From contig OZ024744.1 of the NCBI GenBank assembly GCA_964016885.1, positions 75,578,001 to 75,642,000 on the forward strand: a stretch of DNA of 64,000 nt. The letters are read 5' to 3'. This DNA comes from Eledone cirrhosa (lineage: Eukaryota). The number at the start of each line of letters is the position of its first letter. Position 1 is the stretch's first letter. Positions 15,887 to 29,919 of the stretch are shown one piece after another. Below the pieces are notes generated by a model. It did not search any database. It saw nothing but the letters and a program-made list of their open reading frames with translations, and was not told where the DNA came from. Both the position numbers and the translations under genes were made by a program.

Positions 15887-16045
15887 GACATATATATACA
15901 AAAGAGAGATAAACACAAACATATAGATATATGTGTGCTTATCTCTCTTTTATATTCAATTATAATATACGGCTCGGAAAAATCTTTCCTCGAGCTATTT
16001 TTATTGTAAGAGACTATTTTGAGTTTCTAACTCAATATATACCTT

Positions 16046-16122
<77 letters not shown>

Positions 16123-16166
16123 CAAATTTATATATATATATATACATGTATGTATACACACATACA

Positions 16167-16239
<73 letters not shown>

Positions 16240-16444
16240 TATATATATGAGTCAGTTCTAAGCACCATGGTGATAAAATACACAAGTAAACAATAGAAAT
16301 CTGTTTTTGGTGAAAACCTCTATTGTAGATAATGAATAATTAATTAACCAATTTATATAGCAAGTTTCCTTTTTATATTTTGACAGAAATCTGTCATCAC
16401 CATGAAATTTACTTTCGCTAATGAATTATATTCTGTATTTGGTT

Positions 16445-16482
<38 letters not shown>

Positions 16483-17051
16483 TATATTCACTTTACTCAC
16501 CGGACGTTTCTTGTTCAATTTCAATGACGGTTTCATATATCCTTATATCCAATATGCCCTTTCTGTTATTGAAGAGAAGAGTGTAACACATATTATAAGG
16601 TAGATTCGGCCACCACTACTATTGGGTCGAGTGACGATTTTAGAGATCCTATCGGCCGAGATTGCAAATATATAAGTAACGGGAGAATGAGTGAGAGAAA
16701 CATACCGTATTTTCCTGTGTATACGACACCTTTTTTTACATGGAAATTCTATGTCAAATTCTGCCTGCACCCTACACATAGGTGTGAATATAACAATAAT
16801 ATACTATAGAGAACGCATGTATCAGTAGAGCTGAATGTGAATAATTTGTTTACCTAAACAATTTTCTATAAGATAAAGTTGTTTTTTATGTTCCGAAAAT
16901 GCGAAATCTAATGAAACGAAACGAAACATTCATTAGCATTTTCGTCTCTATGGCATATGTGTGTGACAAAAATACTTTTATTGTTAACGAGTTTGGTGAA
17001 GGGAGATTTAGGGGCTTAAATTATTCTTTTCTCAATATTTAAAATTCTTAA

Positions 17052-17270
17052 GGGCAGTGGATAGGCAGTATCGGTAGAGCGACGGACACCATCATTTGCA
17101 GCATAAAGTTACGGCCCTTTATGGTCTGAGTTGAAATCCCGCCGAAGTTAGCTTTGCCTTTCATCTATACGGTGGTCGATAAATTAAAGCACCAGTAATA
17201 CACTGGGGTCGATTTAATGGACTTTCCCCTCACCCCAAAATTGGAGTCCTTGTGCCTATAGTAGAAACAA
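17052..17270 (+). mobile_element. tRNA-derived SINE, family 1
   Basis: Full head, core and tail as in the other copies. Confidence 0.85.
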
Positions 17271-17469
17271 ATATTTAAGATTCTTGAATAATGGGGTAGG
17301 GGAGTGTGTTACTTGAAAATGTTTTCACGGAAGTATTTTGTTCTTCTCTTTGTTGTTGGTTGGCCTTAAGTTGTTTTCGTTGATGTTTATAGAGAGTAAC
17401 CTCATCAACTCTAGCTGAGCTGACAGAATTGAGATATAAGTGAGAGGCATCTCTATGTCTGCCTCTGAT

Positions 17470-17569
<100 letters not shown>

Positions 17570-17634
17570 TGCGCGCGCGAGTGCATAGTATACACACACA
17601 CATATATGTGTGTGTGTGTATACTGTGCACACAC

Positions 17635-17670
<36 letters not shown>

Positions 17671-18364
17671 GTATATATATATACTGTATATATCTATCTA
17701 TATATATACATATATATAAAACTGAAATTGTCTGTGTGACTGTCTTAATTTTTGCAAAGTCTATACAAATCCACATTTCTACTCCAATTGACTTCAAACT
17801 TGCATTTATATATTCCTTGCGGTCTAAAGATATTAACTGCAGCTTTTATTTTTCAATTTTCTGTTGTTAAAGGGGTGTTAGGTGCCGGTTAGCGATCTCT
17901 CTTTCTCTCTCTCTCTCTTTATTAGTCTGTATTTTTAGATAGATACATAGCTATAACATCGCGCCCTTATAATATATGTCTGCCTGTCTGCATTACGACA
18001 TCATGAAATCATTGTTCTCATTGCTGACGTATTATCTTCACTATTTTCCGTTCATTGCCAGGGAACGTCTTCACGAACCAAAGTATTGTCTTCCTGTTTT
18101 CCTTCGGTTGCAACGTTTTTCGAAACATATACTTCTGCGTTCACAGATTGATTTTTTCAGTTTCAGAAGATTACGTTAAGGGTGAAAGCAGCAATTCTTT
18201 GCTTAAACTTTAATCTGTTATATATGCCACTCAAAAAGTCCCACTACTTTTGGCACAAGGCCAGCAATTACATAGTCAACGGTTCGGAAATCATATGTAT
18301 CACTTACGAGTTTACTCCTTACTCTACCAGTTAGTCTTAGTGTACTTCGTCCTGCTTTTAGGTC

Positions 18365-18540
18365 ATGCCTTGAAGGAAGAGATACTCCATTGGCTGAAAT
18401 ACTGCGAAAGCGGCAAAAAAACAAACAAGGCGGGCAAACGAATCGTCAGTGGAATCTGCTATTCGATGGTCGCAAGATGCTGAACGTACTGCCACCAGAA
18501 GAGCACTTGAAACAGACAACCAACGAACCATTCGCCGAAA
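18365..18540 (+). pseudogene. N-terminal remnant of the Helitron RepHel ORF (STPR-like repeats)
   Basis: MP*RKRYSIG*NTAKAAKKQTRRANESSVESAIRWSQDAERTATRRALETDNQRTIR; both stops are TGA, consistent with CGA>TGA decay. Confidence 0.65.
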
Positions 18541-18750
18541 CGTGTCAGCTTCGCAATGTCTATCAATAAATCCCAGGGTCAGACCCTAGCTGTTGCTGGT
18601 CTTCTTTTGGAAGAGTCATGTTTTTCACACGGGTAACTATACGTTGGCTGCTCAAGAGTGGGAAGCAAGACAAATCTCTTTGCATATGCCCGACACGGAA
18701 GAACAAGGAACATTGTGTACAAAGAGGTGTTACAATCCTTGTTTAGGTAG
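18541..18750 (+). pseudogene. C-terminal remnant of the Helitron PIF1-family helicase (motifs V-VI)
   Basis: RVSFAMSINKSQGQTLAVAGLLLEESCFSHG*LYVGCSRVGSKTNLFAYARHGRTRNIVYKEVL; the Q of HGQLYV is replaced by TAA at 18634-18636. Confidence 0.92.
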
Positions 18751-19090
18751 ACGAGGCAGAAGGGGATATACATTATTGGCTGAAGAAGGGCGAGACTGTG
18801 TTAGTAGTACGACCAACGGCTGCTATCACACAACAGCAGCAAAAACAACAACAAAAAAGAGAGCGAACGCAATTACATGCTTTTGAAAAATCTCAATGGG
18901 AAATTATTTGCCTAAGCACAAAATGTAGACACCATCCCCAGGCCGAGGCATTCCGTACATCTCTGTACTGTTTCAGAAAGGTGGGATAAACATGCCAATC
19001 TATGTTTTGTAGTCCGAGCAACGCCGGGCCATTCTGCTAGTATATATATATACATATATATATAGTATATGTGCACACAGACACACACAT

Positions 19091-19199
<109 letters not shown>

Positions 19200-20727
19200 A
19201 AGCATACAAGAAAACATTGATTGTCTGTCGAGCGCCCGACTAGATTAATTTCTTGTTCTAAAATACCTCCCACATATTACTTGTCCTAGTTTGACAGTAC
19301 GATTGATTGAGTCAGTTGACACATCTCACTCTTTAGTGTCTTCATATTCTGGCAGAAGAAAACTCACGTTATACCTTTCGGATGTCAACTATAATTAGAA
19401 ACAGACTGTAGAATTCATTTGGATGAAAAAAAAAATTAAATAAATAACAATTGACTTGTTTTGATACGGTAAAAGATCGATATTTGAAGAAGGGCACAAT
19501 CAATATATCGATTTCGATATGTGTTATTGATACTGAATTGATGGAAGGTAATGTTGACTCATGCCAGATGTGAGCTCAGACAAAATACTCTGATATCTGA
19601 TTCGTTATTTTCCTACTGTTTCCAACATCTATCTATTCTTTTGATTTTTCATACAATCATAATCCAAATTCTTGAGAGGAAAGAAATTGTTGACTGAAAG
19701 TGACCAAAGTATATTACTGGTATTTTAGAATAGTCACCATGATGTAGATAACTAAAATAATTGTTGATAACTATAGAAAATAGCTCAATATATCGGATCA
19801 AGTATGCATGGAGATGGATAAAATGGGAACAGATAAGCATGGGAGTAATTGAACTACGTATTTGATATGTCTATTAGTGACACTATTAATATGAAATATG
19901 AAGTTGATACTTATTTTTCTTCTTCAACCACCTTTTCTTGCGAGGCTCGTGAGGGTAAATTCCTCAAACACGTCTTCAAGCGGTCCTATCAGAAGCAACC
20001 GTCACCAATTGATCACCAAATCTATATTCGCAGATATAAATCCAGAACATAGTAAAGGGTAGAAATTGTATTTAATATAAAGCATTTTAATTTGGTTGTT
20101 GTATAACCTTAACCAACTCTGATAATTTTCTTCGTACCGTTTCTGGGGCATTTTTCTAATCTTTTCCCAAATCATAAGATACCTAAAGATGGTGCATCCT
20201 TTTGTTTTCTGTGATGTTAAGCGAACGAGACAATCATCAGCCACACCGATAAAGGGGATTTGCTGTCATCGATAGTAACATTTCTCCATAGAAGGAATTG
20301 AATTCAACTCTGCAATCCACCATGGAACTAAGGAGTGATTGAGATCTGCGCATATACATACATTAATGAACTAGGCTACCCCATAGTGAATACTGTAATC
20401 TTCGTGGTCGGTGACAACCCACACCTATGGATTCTTAGTTGACATATTACATGATTTTATCTCATAGAAGGTTTTTCGCGTGTTTTAATGATAGGAACCC
20501 TTGTTCTATGAATTGTTTACACGTTGTCGTTACAGCACACTCAGGTAGATTTAGCTAGCATCCTCCATAGCTGAATTTCATAGGTTTCTTGGGCGTTTTA
20601 ACGATAGGGTTCCGAGTCCTATCAACACTCTACATGACAAACCTATGTAAATTTAGTTAGTCTCAATCGAAGTTGTATCTCGTAAGTGGCTTCTATTCAT
20701 TTTTAAGAGGACATGGTTAAATATGAA

Positions 20728-20925
20728 GGCGCATAACAGTGGTTAGAGAATTGGATTCGCAATCGTGAGGTTGTGAATTCGATTGCAGGACCCGGTGATG
20801 TTAAGTCCTTGAGCAAGACACTTTATTTCATGTTGTTCCTTCTGCCCGGATTTGTGACCGGTAGATAGTATTAGCAATTGGAAAGACCAAATGGAAACAT
20901 TGTTTCCTCAGTCCGATTTGACGAG
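20728..20925 (+). mobile_element. tRNA-derived SINE, family 2
   Basis: Reverse complement of 4783-4990, including the 3' extension agcaattggaaagacc...gtccgatttgacga. Confidence 0.75.
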
Positions 20926-21559
20926 CTCCACCCCACTCGTTAAGCACATGAGGTCTGGAATCTTGTTGATCGACAGTTATATATGGTTAGATTTAAATGA
21001 CATTTAAGCACATTTCCTGGCAGGTCAAGCGATCACTTAAAAAATCATTTGCCGGCATGAACATAAACAAAGTACCGATGTTAGGTTATGAACCAGCAAA
21101 CTATTGGCTCGTTGTCGATTACGCTAACAATTCGGTCTCCTCCCTCCTTTCTCAAACAAACAAACAAAAATTACAAGGAGGATGCGTTTGTGATGTGGCG
21201 GGGAGGTATGCGTAATTATTAGGTGCATTAGTGGTATAAAGAAAAACAAAAGAGACAATTATGGATACTGGTTCAATTGAAATCACGTAGCAGTATTTTA
21301 CTTCACATTACTTGCCATTAAAAATTTGTAATGAAGACATTCCCCTCCAAATACATACACTTTAGTGTCAGTTTATAATGATCCGGGGACATTCGTTCAC
21401 CGTCTATACCCGTCAGTTGCTGTTAAGAGCTTGATAATTTCGAGAAAAAGGAGGAATGTTTCTCAACGTTAACGGTTTTATGTAATTGTCATTTCCATAT
21501 AAACAGTAGGTATCATCCCACATCCCTCTCCCCCTTTCACTCTCTTCATACGCACGCAC

Positions 21560-21603
<44 letters not shown>

Positions 21604-21640
21604 TTATATGTGTGTGCGTATGCACACTTATATATGTATG

Positions 21641-21736
<96 letters not shown>

Positions 21737-21850
21737 TATATATATATGTGTGTGTGTGTGTGTACAAATACACACACACACAGGGTATACATACACACGG
21801 TAGAGAGAGAGGGATAGATAGAGAGTTGTTGCATGTGTCGAGAAACACAA

Positions 21851-21886
<36 letters not shown>

Positions 21887-22040
21887 AGCAGGAAATTAAA
21901 CATATAACCGAGACCTTCCCACACAATTAGTGCAATTCAAAAACTTGATTGAACGTGGAACCGAAGCATAATAACGTTAACATGTCATATCTAAAGAATT
22001 GCGCGTATGTTAGCGAACGTATTGGATGGAACTTTGGTGA

Positions 22041-22080
22041 GTGGTGGTGGTGGTGGTGGTGGTGGTGGTGGTGGTGGTGG
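22041..22080. repeat. (GGT)n microsatellite
   Basis: Pure GGT run; source of the poly-His and poly-Pro ORFs. Confidence 0.95.
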
Positions 22081-22504
22081 CAGCGGTGGGTCGAGGGAGC
22101 GGAGGTGGCGGAGTGCATTTAATTTCCGAGAAATCAAGGCCTTGTTATTGCTATTATTAATTAGTTGTGTATGCACTATCCACTAATGGATTAAAGCTGT
22201 CAAATAAAGCGGTCATCACAACCCAAGAAGGAAAGAAATGAAAATAAACGTTTAACAATAATTGATCAGATTCAAAGACATTTCACGAATAATTTACAGA
22301 ACATCAGTTGCTGCTCGCTGCTGTTCGATTTCCGCCAGAGATTGCATTCCCACCAATTTGAATGTCTAAACAAAAACAAGCAAACAACCAAACAAACGTA
22401 AGAGAGTATTTGATTATCAATATATTTAATAAGTACATGGCAATGGATTGTCAGAACCGTTGCAACATCGGACAAAATGTTTGGCATTATTTAGTTAGTT
22501 AGAA

Positions 22505-22936
22505 GGGCGGTTGATTGGAAGTATTGGTAGAGGGTCGGACGCCATGCTTTACGGAGTAAAGTTACAGAGTTGCGTCGCTTTACGGTCTGAGTTCAAATCC
22601 CGCCGAGGTTAACTTTAGCTTTCATCCTTACGGGGTCGATAAAATGAAATAACAGTCACGCACCGAGGTCGATTTAATCGACTTTCTCCTCCTCCAGATT
22701 ACTGGCCTTGTGCCTATGCTAGAAATCATTATTTAGTTAGTTAGAAGGCGGTGGATTGGCAGTATCGGTAGAGGGTCGGACACCAAGCTTTGACGCATAG
22801 AGTTAAGTTCCTTTGCAGTCTGAGTTCAAATCCCACCGAGGTCAACTCTGCTTTTTATCTATATGGGGTCTATAAAATAAAGTACCAGCAATGCACTGGG
22901 GTAATTTCTGGCCTTGTGCCAAAAGTAGAAACAATT
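22505..22936 (+). mobile_element. Two head-to-tail family 1 SINEs (22505-22730, 22747-22936)
   Basis: Each has A/B boxes, core and tail; the spacer ttatttagttagtta occurs before, between and after them. Confidence 0.85.
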
Positions 22937-24858
22937 ATTTAGTTAGTTATGCACTTTTGGTTCTGCGTTCAAGTTACCGCTGAGACCAACATTGCCTTTT
23001 ATTGTTCTGCTGTTGATTATATAAAATAATTGTTTCTTACTTTTGGCACAAGGCCAGCAATTATCCCAGTGCATTACTGGTACTTTATTCTACCGACTCC
23101 GTAAGGATGGAATAAAATGATTGGCGAGTACTAGGTTTGGTTTAGTTAACTATATCTTCCTCAAAAAATGTTGGCCTTCTGCCAATGTTAGAAGCCAATA
23201 CATTTAAATCATTAGCTGGCAAATGTTGTCCAGTAAGAAGTATACAGCAGACGTGAAAAATAAGATGAAATTTGCAGCTCACGCCCATTCCCGTTACTGC
23301 ATTTCATAGGAAGTGGGCTTCTTGGGTGGGTGTTTTAATGATAGGAGCTTTCACTATTATGAAAAATATCGTCAGGTTAAGCAGATTCCTTAAGCACACA
23401 ATGTACCACCTAATTCAGGAATCGAACACTCGATCTTATAAGCGCTTGTCTAACACTCTAACCTCTAAGTCACATACATTCACTACCACAGACATGATCT
23501 GAGTCTTGGTTGACAGTAATCTAATTTCAAATAAGCTATTAAGTTGATAGCATAGAGTCCATAATTTCCATATCCTTCTCTTTAAAACTAAATAGCCACT
23601 TACAGATAGTCTTTGTACCATAAACAACAAAATATTATATATACATTTTCAATACAATTTAGCTGCATGTTGATTTATACACTGCAGTTCTTAATTCATC
23701 CTTTCATGTTCCGCACTTAAATTCCAATGGGCGATGTATTGGCATTTCATCTCTCCCCTTTTCTATAAAAAATAACAATAATTTAAAACTATGGTCCAGT
23801 CAATAGTCTGGTAGATAACCAACATAAATGTTGACTGCTCAGCTCATATTGGCAATCGCATCTACATTATGTCCGTAGGCAAAATACTTAGTTCACAAGT
23901 AGATACATTAGAATATGCTAAAGCAGTTCACTGCCATAAAAAGCAACATTATTTAAAATATAACTATTGCTTCTTTAGCAGAGTGCTGAGTTCAAATATC
24001 TCACCTCCGGTAAAGTATTCCTTTCTTTTTTTTTTTTTTTCAAGACAAAGTTATTTGGGTATTAAACCAACAATGTACTCCTATAAAACACGGAATGTTA
24101 CAGAAACCAATGTTACAAGAAGCTATATTTAAGTTGTGTATGATGTTAGACACTGAGAGGATGAAAATTTTCAATAGATTGCCGTTAATCAATCGATTGT
24201 CACTCCTCTAGTAAATTTGGATTTGTGCCAAGTCATAAGGAATCAATATATCGGAAACTATTAATTGCTAGAGTTGACAAGATTTCCTTAGTGTTGTATA
24301 TCATTCGTAATCGAATATGTTTGTTACAGACGTTTTGTTTTAGAACTTTTGATTGATCGATGGCTGAGTGGATAATGTAATAGACTAACAATAGTAGTTC
24401 AGAGCTGCTAAGCTCAAATATACAGTAAACATAAGTCATATTTAAATTCAGAAAATTTTATTTCAGATTTTTTTCTGTCTGTTCCTTTAGATGCCGAGGG
24501 CAAGTGCCATAAATGAGAGAAATTTGTACGTTACAGACGATTGTCGTATCCAGTGCGAGTGTAAGTATCTTTTGGCACTTTAACACTACAGGAACAGGTT
24601 CTATATAAATTAAACAAAGAAGATCGGTTCCAATATCCAATGAAATTCTTGATTGGTTATTTAAAATATGTCTTTCAGAGTTAAATTCATACCTACAAAT
24701 ACCCCTCCACCTTCATTAAACGTGAACCTAATATAACTGTGTACAATTGCCTCCTGTGTTTTGTTCGTTCATATATATATTTATAAAACAAACGAAAGAC
24801 AGTTACTTTAGACCACCCCAATTTATTTTCTTATAAATCAACTAACTCTTTTTCATTG

Positions 24859-24916
<58 letters not shown>

Positions 24917-26386
24917 TACCCGAAAAACCTCTTATAAGATGCAACCGCGTCGAAGGACAGGAAAACTTGTATGTATGTATGTATGAATGTATGTATGTAT
25001 GTATGCATGCATGCATGTATGTGGCACCTGTAAATCCAGGAGTATGTTTGTGTGGAAAAGCATTTCAGAAAGATCGAGTAAATAATTAAAATGCTCTATG
25101 CAATTTAACTTAATTGCAATAGAAAAGTAAGCATTTGTCACATAGAATTCCAACATAAATATTACATTCAAATCCTAACCCTCCTTTCCTTCACCCTCAC
25201 ACAGACAGACATTAACTACACTTACATGAATATGTGCAGTTTATTATTTGTATTAATACATGGACACACACACACGCACACATTCAGATATGTATGCTTT
25301 TTTTAATACTTGTGTGAAAGTTTGTGTGTGTGTGTACGTCAGCATGTTTTTTTATGGGTGTAAATGTGTAAATGTATAAAATTAAGTACGTGCTTAAAAT
25401 TTCAAATTCGGATATTTTTAAATGGAAGAGACTGATTTATTAAAACGCAACAATTCGATACACACCTGGTGCTTTCCTTCCATCTCTCACCCCTTTCTTC
25501 TACCTTTTTTCTTCTATCCCTTTTCTTTCTCCATCTCTATCTCCATTTCTATCTATATCTTTCTCTTCACCACACACTCACACATTTCATAAAAAGCACA
25601 TATATCTATCTATCTCTCCCTTTCTCTCTCCACATACACACACACGCAAACACAAACACTCATGCACACATATGTACGCGCTTTTATCTATGTGTATGTG
25701 TGTGTCTGAGTTATGTGTTTGTATATAGAAACGTTCTCACATAGGAGGTTTTTAGTAAAAGAAAAGACAAAATAAAAGATAGAAAAAATGTTAAAGTAAT
25801 AAAGATGAATATTTAATAATAATAGCAGATTGAGCAGATTGCTACAGCTTCTTTATATTCTACTCTGCTGCTAACAACAACACTAACATTAAATATCTAA
25901 ATAAATAAATAAAAATCTAAAACAAACAAAAATAAAATCGTTATCAACAACACCATCACATTCTATAAATTTTAATGTCTGCAAATGCAATTCAGAGCCG
26001 CCATTACAAACATGAAAATGTCGAGTAGTTGTTATACGCACACGATTAAAAATCATATTTAACACACACACACACACACTCATACATACATACATGCATG
26101 CGTGAGCGCACGTTCATACACACACACACACACACTCACAATCACAATGATCTATGAGGCTCTGTGAATGCAACAGACTCCAACTGTTTTGTTTGCAACA
26201 CACACACACATATATATAAAATAGTTCACATTACTCCGGAGTAAACAAACCAACCTGCGTACTTCGTCTAGTGCTCCAATCTGCCTACTGAGGTGTCGGT
26301 AAACAACCAACATAACCCCCCCCCCCCCCAAAAAAAAAAAATAAAAAAAATATATATATATTAGTTTCACGCTTAGTGAGAGTGCG

Positions 26387-26424
<38 letters not shown>

Positions 26425-26647
26425 CTTTACTACGCAACTACTCGGAGTTTCACGATTCTATAATTGGTCAAGTGGAAACAATCCATAATGAAAGGATAAT
26501 GGTAAATTCTACATGAGCTTTCGGGTATTTTTCTTATTACAAATTAGCAATTAGAAAAAAATTGCAATACCGATATAAAGCACAGTCGAAACTATATAAT
26601 TACACTGTACATATCGTTCGTTATATAGACCATATATATATATATAT

Positions 26648-26777
26648 TTCCAGGTGACTTCCTTGGAATGAAACAGTTCTAGTCTAGTAGAAGCCATTTC
26701 TATATTAAATTTTGTATTCACTCTATTAATGTACTGAGTACCTTACTTACTGTAGTTACCCCCGATTGAACCCGACT
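26648..26777 (+). mobile_element. Family A mini-element
   Basis: gaatgaaacagttctagt...gtagaagccatttctatattaaa; hairpin ACTC-N12-GAGTAC at 26720-26741; between (TA)n and (CA)n. Confidence 0.7.
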
Positions 26778-26793
26778 CACACACACACACATG

Positions 26794-26830
<37 letters not shown>

Positions 26831-26961
26831 CAAAATAACAGATTAAAGTTTAAGCAAAGAATCGTTGCTTTCACCCTTAACGGTTTCATATACTTTATAT
26901 ATCGGATTTTAGTCTTCACATTTATTATTATTACTATATATATATATATTATTACTGTAAA

Positions 26962-27142
26962 GGGCGGTGAATTGGCAGTATCGGTAGAGGGTCGGACGCC
27001 ATGCTTTGACGCATAGAGTTACGGCCCTTGCCATTCTGAGTTCAAATCCCGCCGACGTCATCTTTGCCTTTCATCCTTCCGGGGTCGATAAAATAAAGTA
27101 CCAGTAATGTGCTGGGTAATTGCTGGCTTTGTGCCAACAATT
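26962..27142 (+). mobile_element. tRNA-derived SINE, family 1
   Basis: A-box tggcagtatcgg, B-box gagttcaaatcc, core gcctttcatccttccggggtcgataaaataaagtacc. Confidence 0.88.
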
Positions 27143-27344
27143 ATTACTACATATATATACATGAGTGTATGCTAAGGCTTCTTTATTTCCATACGTTTCT
27201 CAACAGTAGAGCTAATTCATCCTGCATCAAATTTTGTTTGTTTGTTTCACTATTAATATACCTGCCCTCTCTTACCCATTGGGAATTAAATGAAGTGTAA
27301 TCTGATAAGGTGACATGTTTTTGAATGATGAATCAGAAGTCATA

Positions 27345-27501
27345 AAGGTAAAATGCCGTTATAACGAATACCATTATATCGAATTTTTCAATCCCCGGCC
27401 ACACGCTCGATGTGTTTCGGTCGATCTTGTTATAAAGAATTTTTCGTTACAACGAATCTTTTTATATACCGCGTGAATTTTGTTAAAACGGCATTTCACT
27501 G
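27345..27501 (-). mobile_element. pogo/Tigger-type MITE
   Basis: Reverse-complement homologue of 42535-42700; TIR-like ends aaaatgccgtt...aacggcattt; ends CACTG|TA. Confidence 0.65.
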
Positions 27502-28098
27502 TATTACCAAATAAAATGTAGATCAGATTGAGACACGTATTGCTACCAAGGTAATCTGAAACATGTTTCAGTATTAGGTTCTCTTCAGATTAGCTTATAG
27601 GAGAAGAAGCAATAAATAGCCAACAGAATTGTTTGACTGTTAGTAGGTTGAATGGGAAAGGATCGATTGATGAAAACTAAAACAATAACAACATGAACAA
27701 AGGGCGTGCTATAAAATAATAGTAAAGACTAACAATTTGAGTGAGAGAATATTTTGATTTATTTAAATCTGTCTTTTTACAGTCATTTATGGACATATGA
27801 GATGAGAAGTCTGAACAACCTTATGATTTATGTAGTAGTTATTGTTTGACCACAAGCTAGCATGATCAAGCTGGTTTATGATCAAAGGTGTTCCAGACAT
27901 GGCCGTCCTATTTTATTTGGTTATAGTGTATTTAGGATTACACTTTTCAATGTGACTTTGATTTTTTATGGCAGTATCATGTAATTTGAGCGAGATGTGA
28001 CTACTATCTCTAGCAGATCAAGCAATCATACAGATACATCTCTAAATATTGCTATTATTTTATCTGATGCTGCATTCTATAGTATAGATTATCTAAAT

Positions 28099-28264
28099 CA
28101 GTGGTTCCCAAAGTGGGTTCCGCAACAGAGTGTCTGGATCCCATGAAAAAAGGTAGAGGATTATATTTATATTACGACCATATAACAGTATTAGACTTTG
28201 GGGTTCCCCAAAAAGTTTCTGAACTAAAAAGGGATCCACGTTTGAAAAAGTTTGGGAAACCCTG
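28099..28264 (+). mobile_element. hAT-type MITE, 166 bp
   Basis: TIRs CAGTGGTTCCCAAA / TTTGGGAAACCCTG; perfect 8-bp TSD ATCTAAAT (28091-28098, 28265-28272). Confidence 0.92.
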
Positions 28265-29843
28265 ATCTAAATATACATCAGTGGATTGTAGGTAGCTATC
28301 TTAATATGTGCAAATTTTAGGTAGATTTATTAGTTATCTGAAAAATATGTATTATCTTGTATACATTGAAATATAGATCAGCTGACTAGAAACATCACAT
28401 GAAAGCCTTATGTATGATGTATTTAATAGTGTCTAGCATTAAAATCATCCTCAGATGTATAAGTTCAACAAAAACAAAAAACTCGTCAAAGAATGCGCTT
28501 GTCAATTAAAGCTAACTTGTATTGCTATGCTTTCTTCTGGATTACAATGCACATTTTTTTTTTTTTTTTTTCGTAATAGAGATCTTTATTCGTCGAATAC
28601 ACAACCTACTCTCCCGCATTTGTATTTTGGTCAAGAAATTTGACCTGAAATATCATATTTGAACAGACTGTATTGTACTTTGATAGAGTCATGTTTGATA
28701 TCTCACCAATTAATAAACACAGACACTGTAAATGTGATATTTACTTGACATATAGACACATAAACAAAGATAAAATAAAATAACATGAAAACAGAGAAAA
28801 GGAGAGGAAGGAAACAAAACATTCAATGTATATTAAGTGGTGTAAAACGGGAGCAATATTTCATAAACTTAATTCCGGCTATTTATCATGCTCTCACAAG
28901 TACTACATCATTATGGCCCTTCCTCATGGAGTACCACATTCTTAATACACTTAGTTACTCTTTCTCTCCGCCCAACTCTTACTTCGAACAAGCCACACCC
29001 TCCACACATACACTCAACGAGAACGTAAGTGTGTATAAACTTTATATGTTACTCATTTGACAATGTTAAATAATCATATAACAAAAGTCCTGCACTCCAG
29101 CATTCAACACAACCACCACCGTCACCAACACCACCAACACCAACAATAAAAACAACAACGATAATAACAATAAATAAAATAACAAGAATAACAATAACAA
29201 TGGCAACAGTAACTATATTAACATCAACATAAAAAAAATATAACAACTAAATCAAGTAAATCTCTGGACCATTTCTCAATTCCACACCCCACATCTCCGC
29301 ACCACAACTCATGCAATAACTCTTCATTCAATGTAAAAAAAAAAGAAAAAAAAAAAAAGACCAAATGCAAAAAAAGAAAACATCAAATTAACGCCTACAC
29401 CCACTCACCCGACACCCTTACAAAATAAAACACACAAAAAAAATATATGAAGAAGTATATGAAGAAAAATAACAAAATTTATATATATAAAAAAAGAAAA
29501 GAATGGGTAATAATAAAAGAGATTGTTAAAATAATATGTGGCGTAAGGAGTTCATGGGAGGTTGTCTAGGTTCCCTTTTATGCCAGTTTCAAGGTACAAA
29601 AGGTCGGCATGATAGGAGGGAGATTGGTGGGCGAGTGGAGAGAAGAGGAGGGCGGAATAGAGAATAAATCAAGCCCCGTACTTTCAAGTACCCCCTCCTC
29701 ATCTCCTACTCTCCTTTGTTGGGAACAGTAACTGTGGGTAGGCGGGATAAATGGCTAGATAGACGGATATGTTGAGATGGGGGGATACACTCACACATAC
29801 GTTGGTGTGTGTGTGTATATATATACACATATATATATGTATG

Positions 29844-29919
<76 letters not shown>

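Larger units (their letters stand above)
17697..19040 (+). mobile_element. Internally deleted Helitron with both termini
   Basis: 5' A|TCTATATATATA...AAAACTGAAATTGTCTGTG; 3' subterminal hairpin ccgagcaacgccgg (19014-19027) and CTAG|T at 19037-19040; RepHel remnants inside. The 5' TC could be at 17693 or 17697. Confidence 0.85.

Noticed and set aside
19950-20260. Possible RT remnant on the minus strand (GVADDCLV...FRYLMI...LARKGG)
   Set aside because: Motif spacing is too short and similarity too weak to call without a profile search.
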